Part shown: piece by piece, positions 29,183-39,224 of the stretch
Position numbering within the stretch: position 1 is the first letter of the stretch
Layout: every line of letters begins with the position of its first letter
DNA from: a virus
Virus record (IMG/VR): IMGVR_UViG_3300049719_000225
Location: 1 to 64,000 of that record
Length of the DNA stretch: 64,000 bases
Direction: 5' to 3' (one strand)
Notes under the pieces: model-generated
The model's database searches: none
What the model saw: only the letters and a program-made list of their open reading frames with translations
What the model was told of the DNA's origin: nothing
Program-made: the position numbers and the translations under genes

Positions 29183-29997
29183 ACTTTGGTGTCTCTGAGA
29201 GACAGGCCTATCTTCATGGCCTGTCGGTGAGCAATTTCCATGGTGAGTGAATTGCGAATCTGAAGGACAACCTGGATGAGGGGACTCACTGAAGCTCGCT
29301 TTACGCGATCGCGGTGGGTTTTTATGGCCCGCAAGTTTTGCAGCATTGTTTTATAGGACGATTCACTGCTGGCGTTCGATAGATCCTCCTCGTCTTCTTC
29401 GGAGAGACGCTCAAAGAGCCCGTGATAGGTGGGCTCCGTGGCAAGCCACCAGGGGTCCAGTGAACTTTCCCTCTGCAGGTACAGGCTGTAGAGGCGCTCC
29501 TTGTCAGACCCCTTCTTGTCCACCTGAAACACGCTGACAGCCCATGCACAGGCCAGTTCCTCACTGTCCCACAGTCTCTTGTGGATGTTGTGCTGGCGGG
29601 GCAACGAAGCCGTATCCGACAGAAGACTCAAGTCGAACTGACCATAGCGGGTGACGCACTCCTCCCGGTACATTTCCAGGTAGCGCATGGCATTGTCTCC
29701 GAGTAACATTCTCGGGTAGAAGGGCCTGTCGATTCCGCCCTTCTGATGGGCGAGGAGGCAGGAGATGATGATTTGACTGGGTTCTACACTACACGCCTGA
29801 GCGTTGGCAGTGAGGGTGTTGGATTCCTCGATGCTGAGTGAGTTCCTGGCTCTCCTCCTGAGGATTGTGCGGTGATAAAGCTGGTACTCGTTATCCGCCA
29901 GGTTCACCCCCTTCACGCCTGGGAAGCAGAGGGGCTGCAGCTTCATCTTCGAGTCCTTGAGAGGTACGAGGCTGGGGTTGGAGACGGGTTCTAACAC
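29122..29997 (-). CDS. Hypothetical protein upstream of helicase
   Basis: 291 aa, divergent from polymerase, overlaps helicase start. Confidence 0.55.
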   Translation of the reverse strand: MLEPVSNPSLVPLKDSKMKLQPLCFPGVKGVNLADNEYQLYHRTILRRRARNSLSIEESNTLTANAQACSVEPSQIIISCLLAHQKGGIDRPFYPRMLLGDNAMRYLEMYREECVTRYGQFDLSLLSDTASLPRQHNIHKRLWDSEELACAWAVSVFQVDKKGSDKERLYSLYLQRESSLDPWWLATEPTYHGLFERLSEEDEEDLSNASSESSYKTMLQNLRAIKTHRDRVKRASVSPLIQVVLQIRNSLTMEIAHRQAMKIGLSLRDTKVCPVYTEPSKLWRAVASASI

Positions 29998-30008
29998 GGA
30001 GCAAAAGA

Positions 30009-33000
30009 ATGGCTAAAAAATCGAAACAACCACCCAAGCTTTGGCGAGACGTGGCTGCTCACAAGGAAGCCCACCAGGGGAAATTTGTGCCCGACGAGGA
30101 CAACCCCTATTGTCTGAAATGCGGGCTGTGTGCGCTGGGGTCGAAGCGCTTCCTTGGGCCGCAGGGGTCTGATGACCCCTGGGTGACAGTGGTGGTGGAC
30201 GGCGTGGGCTGGAGGGAGGACGACGCAGGGGAGGTGGCCGTAGAGGATAGCGCCAATGGAACGGTGAGGAAAAATCTGGAAGAGATGGCGGAAAGCATCA
30301 ACTTCCCGCTCGACCGTATTCGTTGGCTTCCGATGACTCGCTGTGCCAATCGAAGCAAGACCCAGGTGGATTACAAGGTGAAGGGTAATTGGTGCCGTGC
30401 GTTCGCTGTGGATGACCTGACACAGCACCCACCCAGGCTGGTCCTCGCCATTGGAAGCACGGCTCTGGGACTGCTCAGTCACAAGAGCAACGCCTTCGAC
30501 TGGGCGGGAAAGGTGCTAACCTGGAGAGGCTGGCCCGATGATTGGCTGACAAGCGCCCAATACGATGAGGGTCATCCGGCGCTGCCCCGGCCGCCCGTGA
30601 CTGAAATACCCCTCTATGCAACGCAGTCCTCTCGAATCATCTTTGCATTGCAGAACTCCCGTGAGACGGCCAGGTGGAAGGGTCAGTTGAAGGAGGCTCT
30701 GGAGTACGCCGCTGAGGGAGCTGAAATACCAGACTACGATAGGCCCTATTTCAGTTTTCTGGAGGATCCGGACGCAGTGATCGAGGCACTCAAGGCAATA
30801 CCGGACGACGCTCTTGTCACGTACGACTCGGAAACAAAGGGTCTGCTTCAGTGGGCGCAAAATGCCGCCATCGTTGCCATGATGTTTCGTTACGACGGGC
30901 CAGACGGGCCGGTCTGTTTCGGGTTTCCCTGGGACTTTGAGGAGAGCGCCCTGAAAAGTCACCTGCCCAGGATTATTCCTGTGCTGTTGGACACCTTCTA
31001 TCGTGTTCGATTGCAGGGCCACAATCTGACGTTCGACATCCTGTACGCTTACGCCACGCTGCCTGGGGCTGACCTGAGAAGGCTGACAGACGCCATGGGG
31101 TTCGACACCCGCCATCTCATTTACACGCTGCACCAGACCAAGGAAAGTCTAGGGTTGGAACTGGTAGCCTACCGTTGGTGCCCGGAAATGTCGGGGTACG
31201 AGGAGGAGTTCACACTCATCAAGGATCACACGGGTCTGAGTGACTACCTTGATCCTGGGATGGAAGCGGGCGGCCACTATTCGCGGGCACTTCTCCTGGG
31301 TGACGACGTGCGGAAGGCGTACATCACCTACATCATGGGAGACGTGGAGGTTTGCCACGTCTCGGGTGACGCAATACGGGAGAAGCTCGACAATGCACGC
31401 ATCTACCCGTTCCCGATAGCTGACCCCAACCGTCTCGGCGAGTTCAGGATGTTCTCCCCGCCTCCCCGTCGGTTCGTGTACGACAAGATCATGCTGCCGT
31501 CCAACCGCATGCTCACCCGTCTTATGGGCAGGGGCATGCACGTTGATGTGGCCGAGCTGGCGCACCAGGAAAACATCTTCCCCAAGATGATCAAGGCTGC
31601 TCGGGCTCAGTTGAGGAAAATGGACGACCGTGTGGCTCAGTGGTGTGAGGAACAGGAGGCCACTGTGGTGCTCAAGAATGGGCAACCATGGATCCTGGAT
31701 TTGGAAAGCCGAGAGCAGCTGAAGCACATCCTCTTCAATGTCATGGCGCTTCCTGTGAAGCGGCTCACAAAGACCGGCCTCAAGAAATACAAGGACACGG
31801 AACTGGCCGACATGACCGTGGAGGAACGTCTGGAGTACGCCGCCGTGGACAAGTACACCATCAACGCCCTGGCCGCTGAACACAAGGGACTGGTGGCACC
31901 CCTGCAGGAGTACAGGAAGCTCTACAAGGCCTACACGGCGTTCGTGCGCAGCATGCGCAACATTACCACGGAGGGTGTGGACAAACACGACCGGAAGCAG
32001 CCGCCCTACCTGCAGTCGGATGGGCGTGTGCACGCGAGCTTTAATCTTTGCGGAACTCGTTCTGGTAGATTGGGTTGCAGCCGACCAAACCTAGCCCAGC
32101 TTCCCTCATCTCAGAAGGTGATTGTTAAGCGAATCTACAATTCCCGGTACGGGGATGAAGGTTGCATCTATCAGGGTGACCTTTCTCAGATTGAGCTACG
32201 TCTGCTGGCCGCTGCCTCGGGAGACCCCCTCATGGTGGACGCCTACCGTAGAAACATCGACCTCCACTCACTCACTGCCAGCCATATTTTCGAGATCCCG
32301 TACGAGCATCTGCACAAGGATTACTTCGCGTGGCTTCAGAAAAATGGTCGGGAAAAGGAGGCCAAGGAACTGGAGCGGAAGCGTTCCATTGCGAAGTGCG
32401 TTGATCCATTAACGTTAGTGTCTGTTGATGGAAAAATTATACGGATAGGTTCCATTCACCCCGGCAGAGACATCGACAAGTACTACCCTATCACAGGTAA
32501 AGTCGTTCAAGTTGGTCCTCATGGTGGGAGCGGAGAAATACGACATTTCTACTCTGGAGGTGTTAAAAAGAAAGTGTTAATCTGTGCCAGAAAGGGGCTC
32601 CTTGCCTGCACCCCAAACCATAAATTTCTTCTTCATGACGGTACTCAAGTGGAGGCTGCTGATCTCAAGAAGGGTATGCAGTTGGCTGATGTTGTGCCCT
32701 TAAATCACGCTTGTGACGAGGGGAAAACGATAAGCTTACCAATAAATATATTCGGCAAGGGGATGAACAATGAAAACCTAAATTACTCCTGCCGTGTAGA
32801 CGGCGATATGAGTTACCTTCTAGGTGTCTTGTACGGGGATGGAAACGTGAACGAGAATTATTCAGCCATTTCAACAGGAGGTGATGAGAGATTTTTTAAG
32901 TGGCAGGATATAATAGCTGAGTGTGCAACTAAGTTAGGAATAGACGCTAAGATAATACGAACAGAGTTTAGCGGCACTAAAGTTTCGGAGAAGTTGGGGC

Positions 33001-34238
33001 CAATTACGGGTTCCTATGGGAAAGTGGTTTTGGGGAGCAGGCGGGTATTAGACCTTTTTGAACAACTTGGGGCAGTTGAACGCACTGAGAACAAACTGAG
33101 TAAAACACTCAAAATACCTGTTTGGCTGCTCAACGCCCCAAAGCACCTCAAATTGTCTTTTTTTGCGGGCCTGATAGATACGGACGGCTGCGTTAAGACT
33201 TCAGATGCTTCAATATCATTCTGCACAAAGTCTTGGAGATTGGCTCAGGATGTGATCGTTATGCTTAGATCAGTGGGCATTGAATCAACTCTGTACCCGT
33301 CCTGGAACTCTACTTACGAGAAGTATTACTTTGTAGTGAATGTGCCTGTAAGCTACGCTTGCCAGCTTCGAGGTTATTTACGTCACCCGGATAAAGCGTC
33401 GAAGCTGAGGGAACCAAAATGCACTTCAGGTCGAGTCAAAACAGAAAATTTAGTAACAGCCACCCTGGAAATTCCAGACGGAGAGGTAGTTGACATATCG
33501 CTAGACGACCCACATCTATATGTTCCAGAAGGACTTACCACCCACCAGACCACGAACTTCCTCACGGGATACGGTGGCGGGGCGTTCGGTCTGCAGACAA
33601 CGTTGGCCGAGGAACAGGTGTATCTCGACCAGGAGGAGTGTGAAAACATCATCGATGCGATGTTCGACACCTACCCCGTGTTGAGGAAGTACATCGGTAT
33701 CTACAAGCAGTTCATCCTGGAGCACGGGTGCGCTGTGAGTATCTTCGGACGTGTGCGTCCGTTGCCAGAGGTGGAATCCGAGGACCAGCAACTTGTGAAT
33801 AAGGCCCTGCGTGCGGGGTTCAACCACCTCATTCAGTCCACGGCCTCGGACATGATGTTACTAGCCATGGACGTGATCGACAGGACGCTTTTCGATGAGG
33901 GTCTCGAAAGCTGCCTCGTCAGCACCGTCCACGACAGCTTGGTCATCGACGCTCGCATCAGCGAACTGCCCAAGGTCCATGACATTGTGGACTGCGTGAT
34001 CAACAACCTCCCCGACATTCTGGACTCCCTGTTAGGCCCGGATTACAACAGCGACTGGTGCCGCGTGCTGCCCCTGACAGGTGACTGCGAGGTGGGACGC
34101 AACTACCACGACCAGTCGAAGATGGACAGCTTCAAGGACTCTTCGGGGGTTGTGGACTGGGAGAAGGCGCGCGAGTTCCTGCACGCCACTCCTGCTGCAT
34201 CCGACCAGTCCACTCCAGACGCCGATCTATCTCACTAG
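30009..34238 (+). CDS. polA: Family A DNA polymerase with N-terminal uracil-DNA-glycosylase-like domain and 3'-5' exonuclease, intein-containing
   Basis: CLKCGLC...RC...VLAIGSTA (UDG family 4-like); YDSET, GHNLTFD; TRSGRLGCSRPNLAQ; DLSQIELR; RSIAK|TTNF..GYG; VHDS. Confidence 0.93.
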   Translation: MAKKSKQPPKLWRDVAAHKEAHQGKFVPDEDNPYCLKCGLCALGSKRFLGPQGSDDPWVTVVVDGVGWREDDAGEVAVEDSANGTVRKNLEEMAESINFPLDRIRWLPMTRCANRSKTQVDYKVKGNWCRAFAVDDLTQHPPRLVLAIGSTALGLLSHKSNAFDWAGKVLTWRGWPDDWLTSAQYDEGHPALPRPPVTEIPLYATQSSRIIFALQNSRETARWKGQLKEALEYAAEGAEIPDYDRPYFSFLEDPDAVIEALKAIPDDALVTYDSETKGLLQWAQNAAIVAMMFRYDGPDGPVCFGFPWDFEESALKSHLPRIIPVLLDTFYRVRLQGHNLTFDILYAYATLPGADLRRLTDAMGFDTRHLIYTLHQTKESLGLELVAYRWCPEMSGYEEEFTLIKDHTGLSDYLDPGMEAGGHYSRALLLGDDVRKAYITYIMGDVEVCHVSGDAIREKLDNARIYPFPIADPNRLGEFRMFSPPPRRFVYDKIMLPSNRMLTRLMGRGMHVDVAELAHQENIFPKMIKAARAQLRKMDDRVAQWCEEQEATVVLKNGQPWILDLESREQLKHILFNVMALPVKRLTKTGLKKYKDTELADMTVEERLEYAAVDKYTINALAAEHKGLVAPLQEYRKLYKAYTAFVRSMRNITTEGVDKHDRKQPPYLQSDGRVHASFNLCGTRSGRLGCSRPNLAQLPSSQKVIVKRIYNSRYGDEGCIYQGDLSQIELRLLAAASGDPLMVDAYRRNIDLHSLTASHIFEIPYEHLHKDYFAWLQKNGREKEAKELERKRSIAKCVDPLTLVSVDGKIIRIGSIHPGRDIDKYYPITGKVVQVGPHGGSGEIRHFYSGGVKKKVLICARKGLLACTPNHKFLLHDGTQVEAADLKKGMQLADVVPLNHACDEGKTISLPINIFGKGMNNENLNYSCRVDGDMSYLLGVLYGDGNVNENYSAISTGGDERFFKWQDIIAECATKLGIDAKIIRTEFSGTKVSEKLGPITGSYGKVVLGSRRVLDLFEQLGAVERTENKLSKTLKIPVWLLNAPKHLKLSFFAGLIDTDGCVKTSDASISFCTKSWRLAQDVIVMLRSVGIESTLYPSWNSTYEKYYFVVNVPVSYACQLRGYLRHPDKASKLREPKCTSGRVKTENLVTATLEIPDGEVVDISLDDPHLYVPEGLTTHQTTNFLTGYGGGAFGLQTTLAEEQVYLDQEECENIIDAMFDTYPVLRKYIGIYKQFILEHGCAVSIFGRVRPLPEVESEDQQLVNKALRAGFNHLIQSTASDMMLLAMDVIDRTLFDEGLESCLVSTVHDSLVIDARISELPKVHDIVDCVINNLPDILDSLLGPDYNSDWCRVLPLTGDCEVGRNYHDQSKMDSFKDSSGVVDWEKAREFLHATPAASDQSTPDADLSH
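32397..33548 (+). mobile_element. LAGLIDADG intein in PolA motif B, C-terminal Gln (384 aa)
   Basis: CVDPLTLV...CTPNHKF...LLGVLYGDG...FFAGLIDTDG...GLTTHQ|T; AT-rich relative to flanks. Confidence 0.93.
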
Positions 34239-34348
34239 GCGTCTCCATGTGATCAATCACCCATCTGGGCCTCTGGATGTATGCCATGTACTCCTGCCAG
34301 TTCACGTACCCCGTACGCACTGTGAGTTCGATCTCGTGCAGAGACTCG

Positions 34349-34630
34349 CTACGGGACATACTCAGTGACGCCAGCGGCAATCTGACCGCCAGGCAGATAG
34401 GTTAGGAAGAGAGCGAGTGCCTCACCCTCGCCTGGTTTGGCGAGTTTCTTTCTGTCAACCACCTCAGTGCGAACAGGGACGCCTTTCAGGCCAATCTTTC
34501 CCTCAGCACTGGCTACAGCCACGAGGGCGTCCTTTTCGGCGACGAGACAGGTAGGGGCCACGCCGTTGTGGTACTGCTTGAATAGGTCCACGGCCTCTGC
34601 GACCATGGCAATGGTGGGTTTCTTCTTCAT
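34349..34630 (-). CDS. Hypothetical protein
   Basis: 93 aa with TATACT upstream. Confidence 0.55.
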   Translation of the reverse strand: MKKKPTIAMVAEAVDLFKQYHNGVAPTCLVAEKDALVAVASAEGKIGLKGVPVRTEVVDRKKLAKPGEGEALALFLTYLPGGQIAAGVTEYVP

Positions 34631-34755
34631 TTATCGTCTTAACAGTATAATCCGATGTTATTCTCTTTAATAGATAATTTCAGGGTGTTTTCGCGGTATT
34701 TTACTGCTAAGGCATACCTGGAAGGTGACCTCCATATCGTATGTGTAGTTAGAGC

Positions 34756-35487
34756 GTGACACTCGAAGAAGTTCAAGCCAAACGCAAACTTAGACACCTA
34801 GAGAATAGGGAACACAACCTTGCAGTGATGCGAGCCTATGGGAAAAGAAACAGGTCGGCTCTAACCAAAAAATCACGCGAAAGGTATAAAACTGATCCAT
34901 TGTTTAGGGCAGATATAAGGCGACGTTCCAAGAAATGGCTAGCTAAACCTGAGAGCAGAGAAAAACGTTTGGCATCTAGCAGACGGCAAACTGCCAAGAT
35001 AAAGAGCGATCCTATTAAATACCGTGAGGCTCTTGATAGGCATCTGGTTTACATGAAAGAACATGTAAGGACGCCTGAGTACAAAGAGAAGAGGAGAGCC
35101 TGGTACCAGAGGTACCATAAAAATCCCAAAAATGCGATGGTACGCAGACTAAGGTCCAGAGTAAGATTCGCTCTAAAAGCGCGTGGATTCAGTTATTCAG
35201 CGGTGACACTTCTCGGGTGTACAAAAGATGAATTTTTACGCTACATTGAATCCTTATTTGTATCTGGCATGACTTGGGAAAATAGGTGGGCTTGGCATCT
35301 CGATCATAGGAAGCCCATCGCCTCATTTGATTTCAACGATCCTGAGCAGGTGCGGGCCTGTTTTCACTGGTCAAATTATCAGCCCCTCTGGGCTCACGAT
35401 AACATCGTCAAGGGGTGTTCGGTGGTCCCAGATACTTCTTCACCGAGTCTGGCAGAGACACCCACTCCTCCATTGTCCAGTTTCTAA
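34756..35487 (+). CDS. HNH homing endonuclease
   Basis: LLGCT...GMTWEN...WHLDHRKP.ASFD...CFHWSNYQPLWAHDN; own late motif 3 nt upstream. Confidence 0.85.
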   Translation: MTLEEVQAKRKLRHLENREHNLAVMRAYGKRNRSALTKKSRERYKTDPLFRADIRRRSKKWLAKPESREKRLASSRRQTAKIKSDPIKYREALDRHLVYMKEHVRTPEYKEKRRAWYQRYHKNPKNAMVRRLRSRVRFALKARGFSYSAVTLLGCTKDEFLRYIESLFVSGMTWENRWAWHLDHRKPIASFDFNDPEQVRACFHWSNYQPLWAHDNIVKGCSVVPDTSSPSLAETPTPPLSSF

Positions 35488-37882
35488 TCAATGGCCATAC
35501 GTTAGGCCCTTGAACGTACATGTGTGCGTTACGGTAACCCGGAACCAATTTTCCTTTCATAAGAACCCCGTCCACCCACTCCTGCATCCTGTAATTTTTA
35601 TCATCGGCGTGGCCACTGCCGAGATGCTTGCCTGCAATCTCGTCCAGCGTCTTTCTAGTGGCGCTAAAGTGGTAGATGTCATACCCGAATAGCTCGTGGC
35701 GATAACCGTAGGTTCCTCGGCAGTGCTCGAAGGTGGCATCCGTGCGGGCATAGATGGTGGCCTTGTCGAGAGCGCCCTCTATCGGATAGCCAGGCAAGCC
35801 CGCCACGGGCACCATGCCTGTGAAGACGCTCATGGGCCAGCGCTCCCGCACCATCTCGTTCATTCGGGCCAGCATCCCAGGACGCCATAGTTCATCGCCG
35901 TCCATGATGATGGTGTGTTGGAACCCCCGTGCTCCGCAGAAGCGTTGGTACCAGTTGCGGCAGTCGGTCTCTACCTTGATGCGCTCCTGTCTCACGTTCG
36001 CCACCTTCGCCACCTCGAAAGGAATGAACTCGACACCGTATGGGTGGGGGTAGTCCGGGTGGTTCTCCCTCAGCCACTTATTCAACCAGATGTTCAACCG
36101 ATCTGCAATCTTGGAAACCTCTTGGCGTTCATCCTCGTTAGCAGGAGCACCATCCCATCGCATGCTCGGGGCGAACAGGAACACGTTTTCGATTCGGTCC
36201 TGAAGCTCAGTGGTTTTGGAGAGCTTGATGCCCTCTTCAAGGATCCGCTGGCACACCTCGAACAAACACAGGTCGTCTCGGATGGCTTGCACGACTACCG
36301 CATATCGCACGGGCACCGCAGCGTACTCGGCAGACCTAGGTCCGTCATCCAGCGGAAAGCCCAGGTTCTTGCGGAAATTGAACAGTGTCTCGCCGAAGTT
36401 CCAGCGCTCCATGCTGGCGTGTTTCAAGTCCACCTCATCGCGAGGCCTCTTGCCACAGTCTGGGTGCATGTGCTCGAAGAGGAGGTGGCGGGCATCCACA
36501 ATGACGCGATCCTGCGAGGCCACGTAAGTGAACTCGGTGTCACTGTTGTGACTCAAGTAACCGTCTGCCACGTAATTCTTGGTTTCTGTAGAGAGGCAAT
36601 AAACGTCGGTTGTATTGTCGTCGTCGTTGAGCCCCCAGTAAGTGGGCTCGATAGAAACAATCTCATCAGGCGAACCGTAGCGTGAGGTGAACATCCTCTT
36701 GGACACCTGTTTTTTGAAAGTACGTACAGGTCGAGTCCACGCTAAAAACTTTAGGTATTCTTCACGGCCACCCGTGAGCGTGAAAACCTGTTGAGTGACG
36801 GGGGCACCCCGGTATTTTCCGTATGAACGGTCTGTAGAGAATTGGAAACCCAGACGACGAAGAACGCGACCAATCTCGGCGCACACTTCTGGGTTCTTAT
36901 CCAGCGACTGGGAGATGCACGGGAAGCTGCCCTCGCCATCATACATTCCAGCTAACCAACCCAAATCTCGTACGGACTCTGGATCGGTAGGGGCAGGCGG
37001 GGGAGTTTCCAGCACCCTAAGAAGTTTGCGCCCTATTTTAGGCTCTCCCCACCTAATCTGTCCAAACCCCCTTTGCCTAGCGTACCCAGCCGTTGTACGC
37101 AGAATTTTTCCCTTCTCATTTCTCAGATATTGACGGGTATCGCCGTAGTAGGCCCACACATGGTCGGGGGTGCATAGGAGAGTTTTTCCCGATTTCAGAG
37201 TGAGTTTTACAACTCGATCTCGTTTCTTGTGCACCTCAAGAACCTTTGATGGCTGCAAGAAATCACGAGGCTGCACCCCTCGACCAGGCCGTCTTGATGA
37301 TCCGACAACCATATCACCTGGTACGATGTCCCTAATGGCTTTGAACGTCTGGTTCGCCATGTAAATGGGAGTATCAGGCGGAAGGCAGAAGAGACTCTGG
37401 TATCCTGGGTAGAAGACGTAGCCGAACCGCTCGTAGCGTCTGCGGGTAAGGATGGCCAAGGTCAGCAGGTCGGGGTTGTAGCCATCCTTCACCCACATCA
37501 CGATCTCGTTCTTCCACCAACCCCAGGGGATGGTTTCGATGATGCCCTTATCCCAATGGACGGGTACGTCAAAGTCATCGGCCACGCAGATGATGATGTC
37601 ACCCGCGGCGCGACTGGCAGCCGTGTTCCAGCCTGAGACGCAATTCTTGGGGCCGGTGTTGGGAACGCCGCGGATACTGCGGTGCTTCAGGGAGGCATCG
37701 GCCACTAGCTGGATGATGTTGTTGCACACCGCTGTGTCACCTTCATCGTAGCAGATGATGAACTCGACGTTCGACGGATCGTTGGCTCGTTCAAGCCAAC
37801 GTCGCACTGTCAATTCCACCGCTCCTGGTCGTACTGTTGTATAACAGAGGGAGAATATGGGAGCGGGTGCGGGTGTACTCAC
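35408..37882 (-). CDS. Two-domain GT-A (GT2-like) glycosyltransferase, intein-containing
   Basis: GWNTAASRAAGDIIICVADDF; second domain IIMDGDELW. Confidence 0.8.
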   Translation of the reverse strand: MSTPAPAPIFSLCYTTVRPGAVELTVRRWLERANDPSNVEFIICYDEGDTAVCNNIIQLVADASLKHRSIRGVPNTGPKNCVSGWNTAASRAAGDIIICVADDFDVPVHWDKGIIETIPWGWWKNEIVMWVKDGYNPDLLTLAILTRRRYERFGYVFYPGYQSLFCLPPDTPIYMANQTFKAIRDIVPGDMVVGSSRRPGRGVQPRDFLQPSKVLEVHKKRDRVVKLTLKSGKTLLCTPDHVWAYYGDTRQYLRNEKGKILRTTAGYARQRGFGQIRWGEPKIGRKLLRVLETPPPAPTDPESVRDLGWLAGMYDGEGSFPCISQSLDKNPEVCAEIGRVLRRLGFQFSTDRSYGKYRGAPVTQQVFTLTGGREEYLKFLAWTRPVRTFKKQVSKRMFTSRYGSPDEIVSIEPTYWGLNDDDNTTDVYCLSTETKNYVADGYLSHNSDTEFTYVASQDRVIVDARHLLFEHMHPDCGKRPRDEVDLKHASMERWNFGETLFNFRKNLGFPLDDGPRSAEYAAVPVRYAVVVQAIRDDLCLFEVCQRILEEGIKLSKTTELQDRIENVFLFAPSMRWDGAPANEDERQEVSKIADRLNIWLNKWLRENHPDYPHPYGVEFIPFEVAKVANVRQERIKVETDCRNWYQRFCGARGFQHTIIMDGDELWRPGMLARMNEMVRERWPMSVFTGMVPVAGLPGYPIEGALDKATIYARTDATFEHCRGTYGYRHELFGYDIYHFSATRKTLDEIAGKHLGSGHADDKNYRMQEWVDGVLMKGKLVPGYRNAHMYVQGPNVWPLIRNWTMEEWVSLPDSVKKYLGPPNTP
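36545..37387 (-). mobile_element. LAGLIDADG intein in glycosyltransferase (281 aa)
   Basis: SLF|CLPPDTPI...CTPDHVW...WLAGMYDGEG...YVADGYLSHN|SDTEF. Confidence 0.92.
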
Positions 37883-38162
37883 GAGGGTATAGAATCGTCC
37901 TCCTTAACTGCGCTCACCAAGCCCAACTCTATGAGTGCTGGAGCGAAGGCCTCCGCGATCATGTTGCGGATGGAAACACGGGCGGCTTCGTTCAGGTTCA
38001 GTTTCAAAGCAACGTTATCGCTGGCGACGGTAAGAGCGTCATTAAGTTTTCCAACGGCCAGTTTTCTTTCATTTTCTGGTATTTTCTCCATCTGAGAATG
38101 TCTCCTAAGTGGTTGATTGACAATTTTTAATGGTTCATAGAGAACCAAAAGTTGTTTTAGTG

Positions 38163-38190
38163 TTTACAAAATCATCACCCGCCCTATTAT
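38163..38190 (+). promoter_or_regulatory. Early sigma70-like promoter TTTACA-N16-TATTAT
   Basis: Context TTTTAGTGTTTACAAA is repeated at 42575-42590. Confidence 0.65.
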
Positions 38191-38232
38191 CAGTGGTAAG
38201 AGATCAACCCCAACACAACCACCACAAATACT

Positions 38233-38916
38233 ATGGGCCTCAAACCACTAAAGCTAGAAGTCGCCGCCGCTCCCTCTGCTAAGAAGAGCGACGTTCCCGC
38301 CCGCACCCTTGCGGGCGTTGCCATTGCCGAGTTCATTCGCCTGAAGGCCGAGGTCGAGGACCGCGCGGCCCGCATGAAGACCCTTGAAGAGGAGATCAAG
38401 CTGGCGGGCTGCACTGAGGTGATCAGCATCAACTGTGAGAACGCCACGAATCCCGTGTCCTCAGTCAGGCTGCAGGACGACGAGGGTGCCAAGGCCACCG
38501 TCTCCTTCACCTCCAAGTACAGCGACATCGACGCCGATGCGTTCAGCGCCGTCTTCGCCGAGATCAACGCCCGCAGGAAGGCCGCTCGCCTGCCTGCCGT
38601 CAGCGAGGCTGAGTACGCTCAGTTCGTCATCGCTGCCAAGCTGAACGATGTCGCCTTCTACGACAAGGACGGCAACTTTCAGGAGGCCGTCTACGCTGAG
38701 GTCCGCAAGGCCCTCGATGCCGTAGCCGCCAAGCTGGTGGCCGCAGGCAAGGTCGCCGCTGGCACCCCGCTCTACACCGAGGCTCAGAAGGCCCGTGTCA
38801 AGCCGACCTTCCACGCCAAGCGGTGGGAGTTGGGCGTCGAGGACAACACCTCCCTGCTCGGCACCGTCCGCAACACCGTCACGCTCAAGCCCGTTGCTGG
38901 CACCGTCGCCGCCTGA
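38233..38916 (+). CDS. Early hypothetical protein
   Basis: 227 aa, strong C-ending codon bias. Confidence 0.75.
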   Translation: MGLKPLKLEVAAAPSAKKSDVPARTLAGVAIAEFIRLKAEVEDRAARMKTLEEEIKLAGCTEVISINCENATNPVSSVRLQDDEGAKATVSFTSKYSDIDADAFSAVFAEINARRKAARLPAVSEAEYAQFVIAAKLNDVAFYDKDGNFQEAVYAEVRKALDAVAAKLVAAGKVAAGTPLYTEAQKARVKPTFHAKRWELGVEDNTSLLGTVRNTVTLKPVAGTVAA

Positions 38917-38920
38917 TCCC

Positions 38921-39220
38921 GTGAACGTCGCCTCTCAAACCCTCTACTACCTCCCCCTGACGGGGGCCGATCTCACCTACCTGCTGGATACCTTGCAGGG
39001 CCGTGCCTCCCTCCCGCTGCCCAATGAGCGCGACCTGGCCCGTTCCCTTCGCAGCATCGAGCAGGTGCTGCCCGAGTCCCAAGTCGAGCAGGTTCAAGAG
39101 ACCGTGAAGGCAGGGTTTGAGCAGGCCCGTTCGCAGGCAGCGGATCTCAAGGACCACGCCGTGGCCCTTTGCAAACTCATCAACGAAGCACAGAAACGCC
39201 CGTCAGAATTTTCACTCTAA
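38921..39220 (+). CDS. Early hypothetical helical protein
   Basis: GTG 38921 fills the gap between neighbours. Confidence 0.55.
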   Translation: MNVASQTLYYLPLTGADLTYLLDTLQGRASLPLPNERDLARSLRSIEQVLPESQVEQVQETVKAGFEQARSQAADLKDHAVALCKLINEAQKRPSEFSL

Positions 39221-39224
39221 TCCA

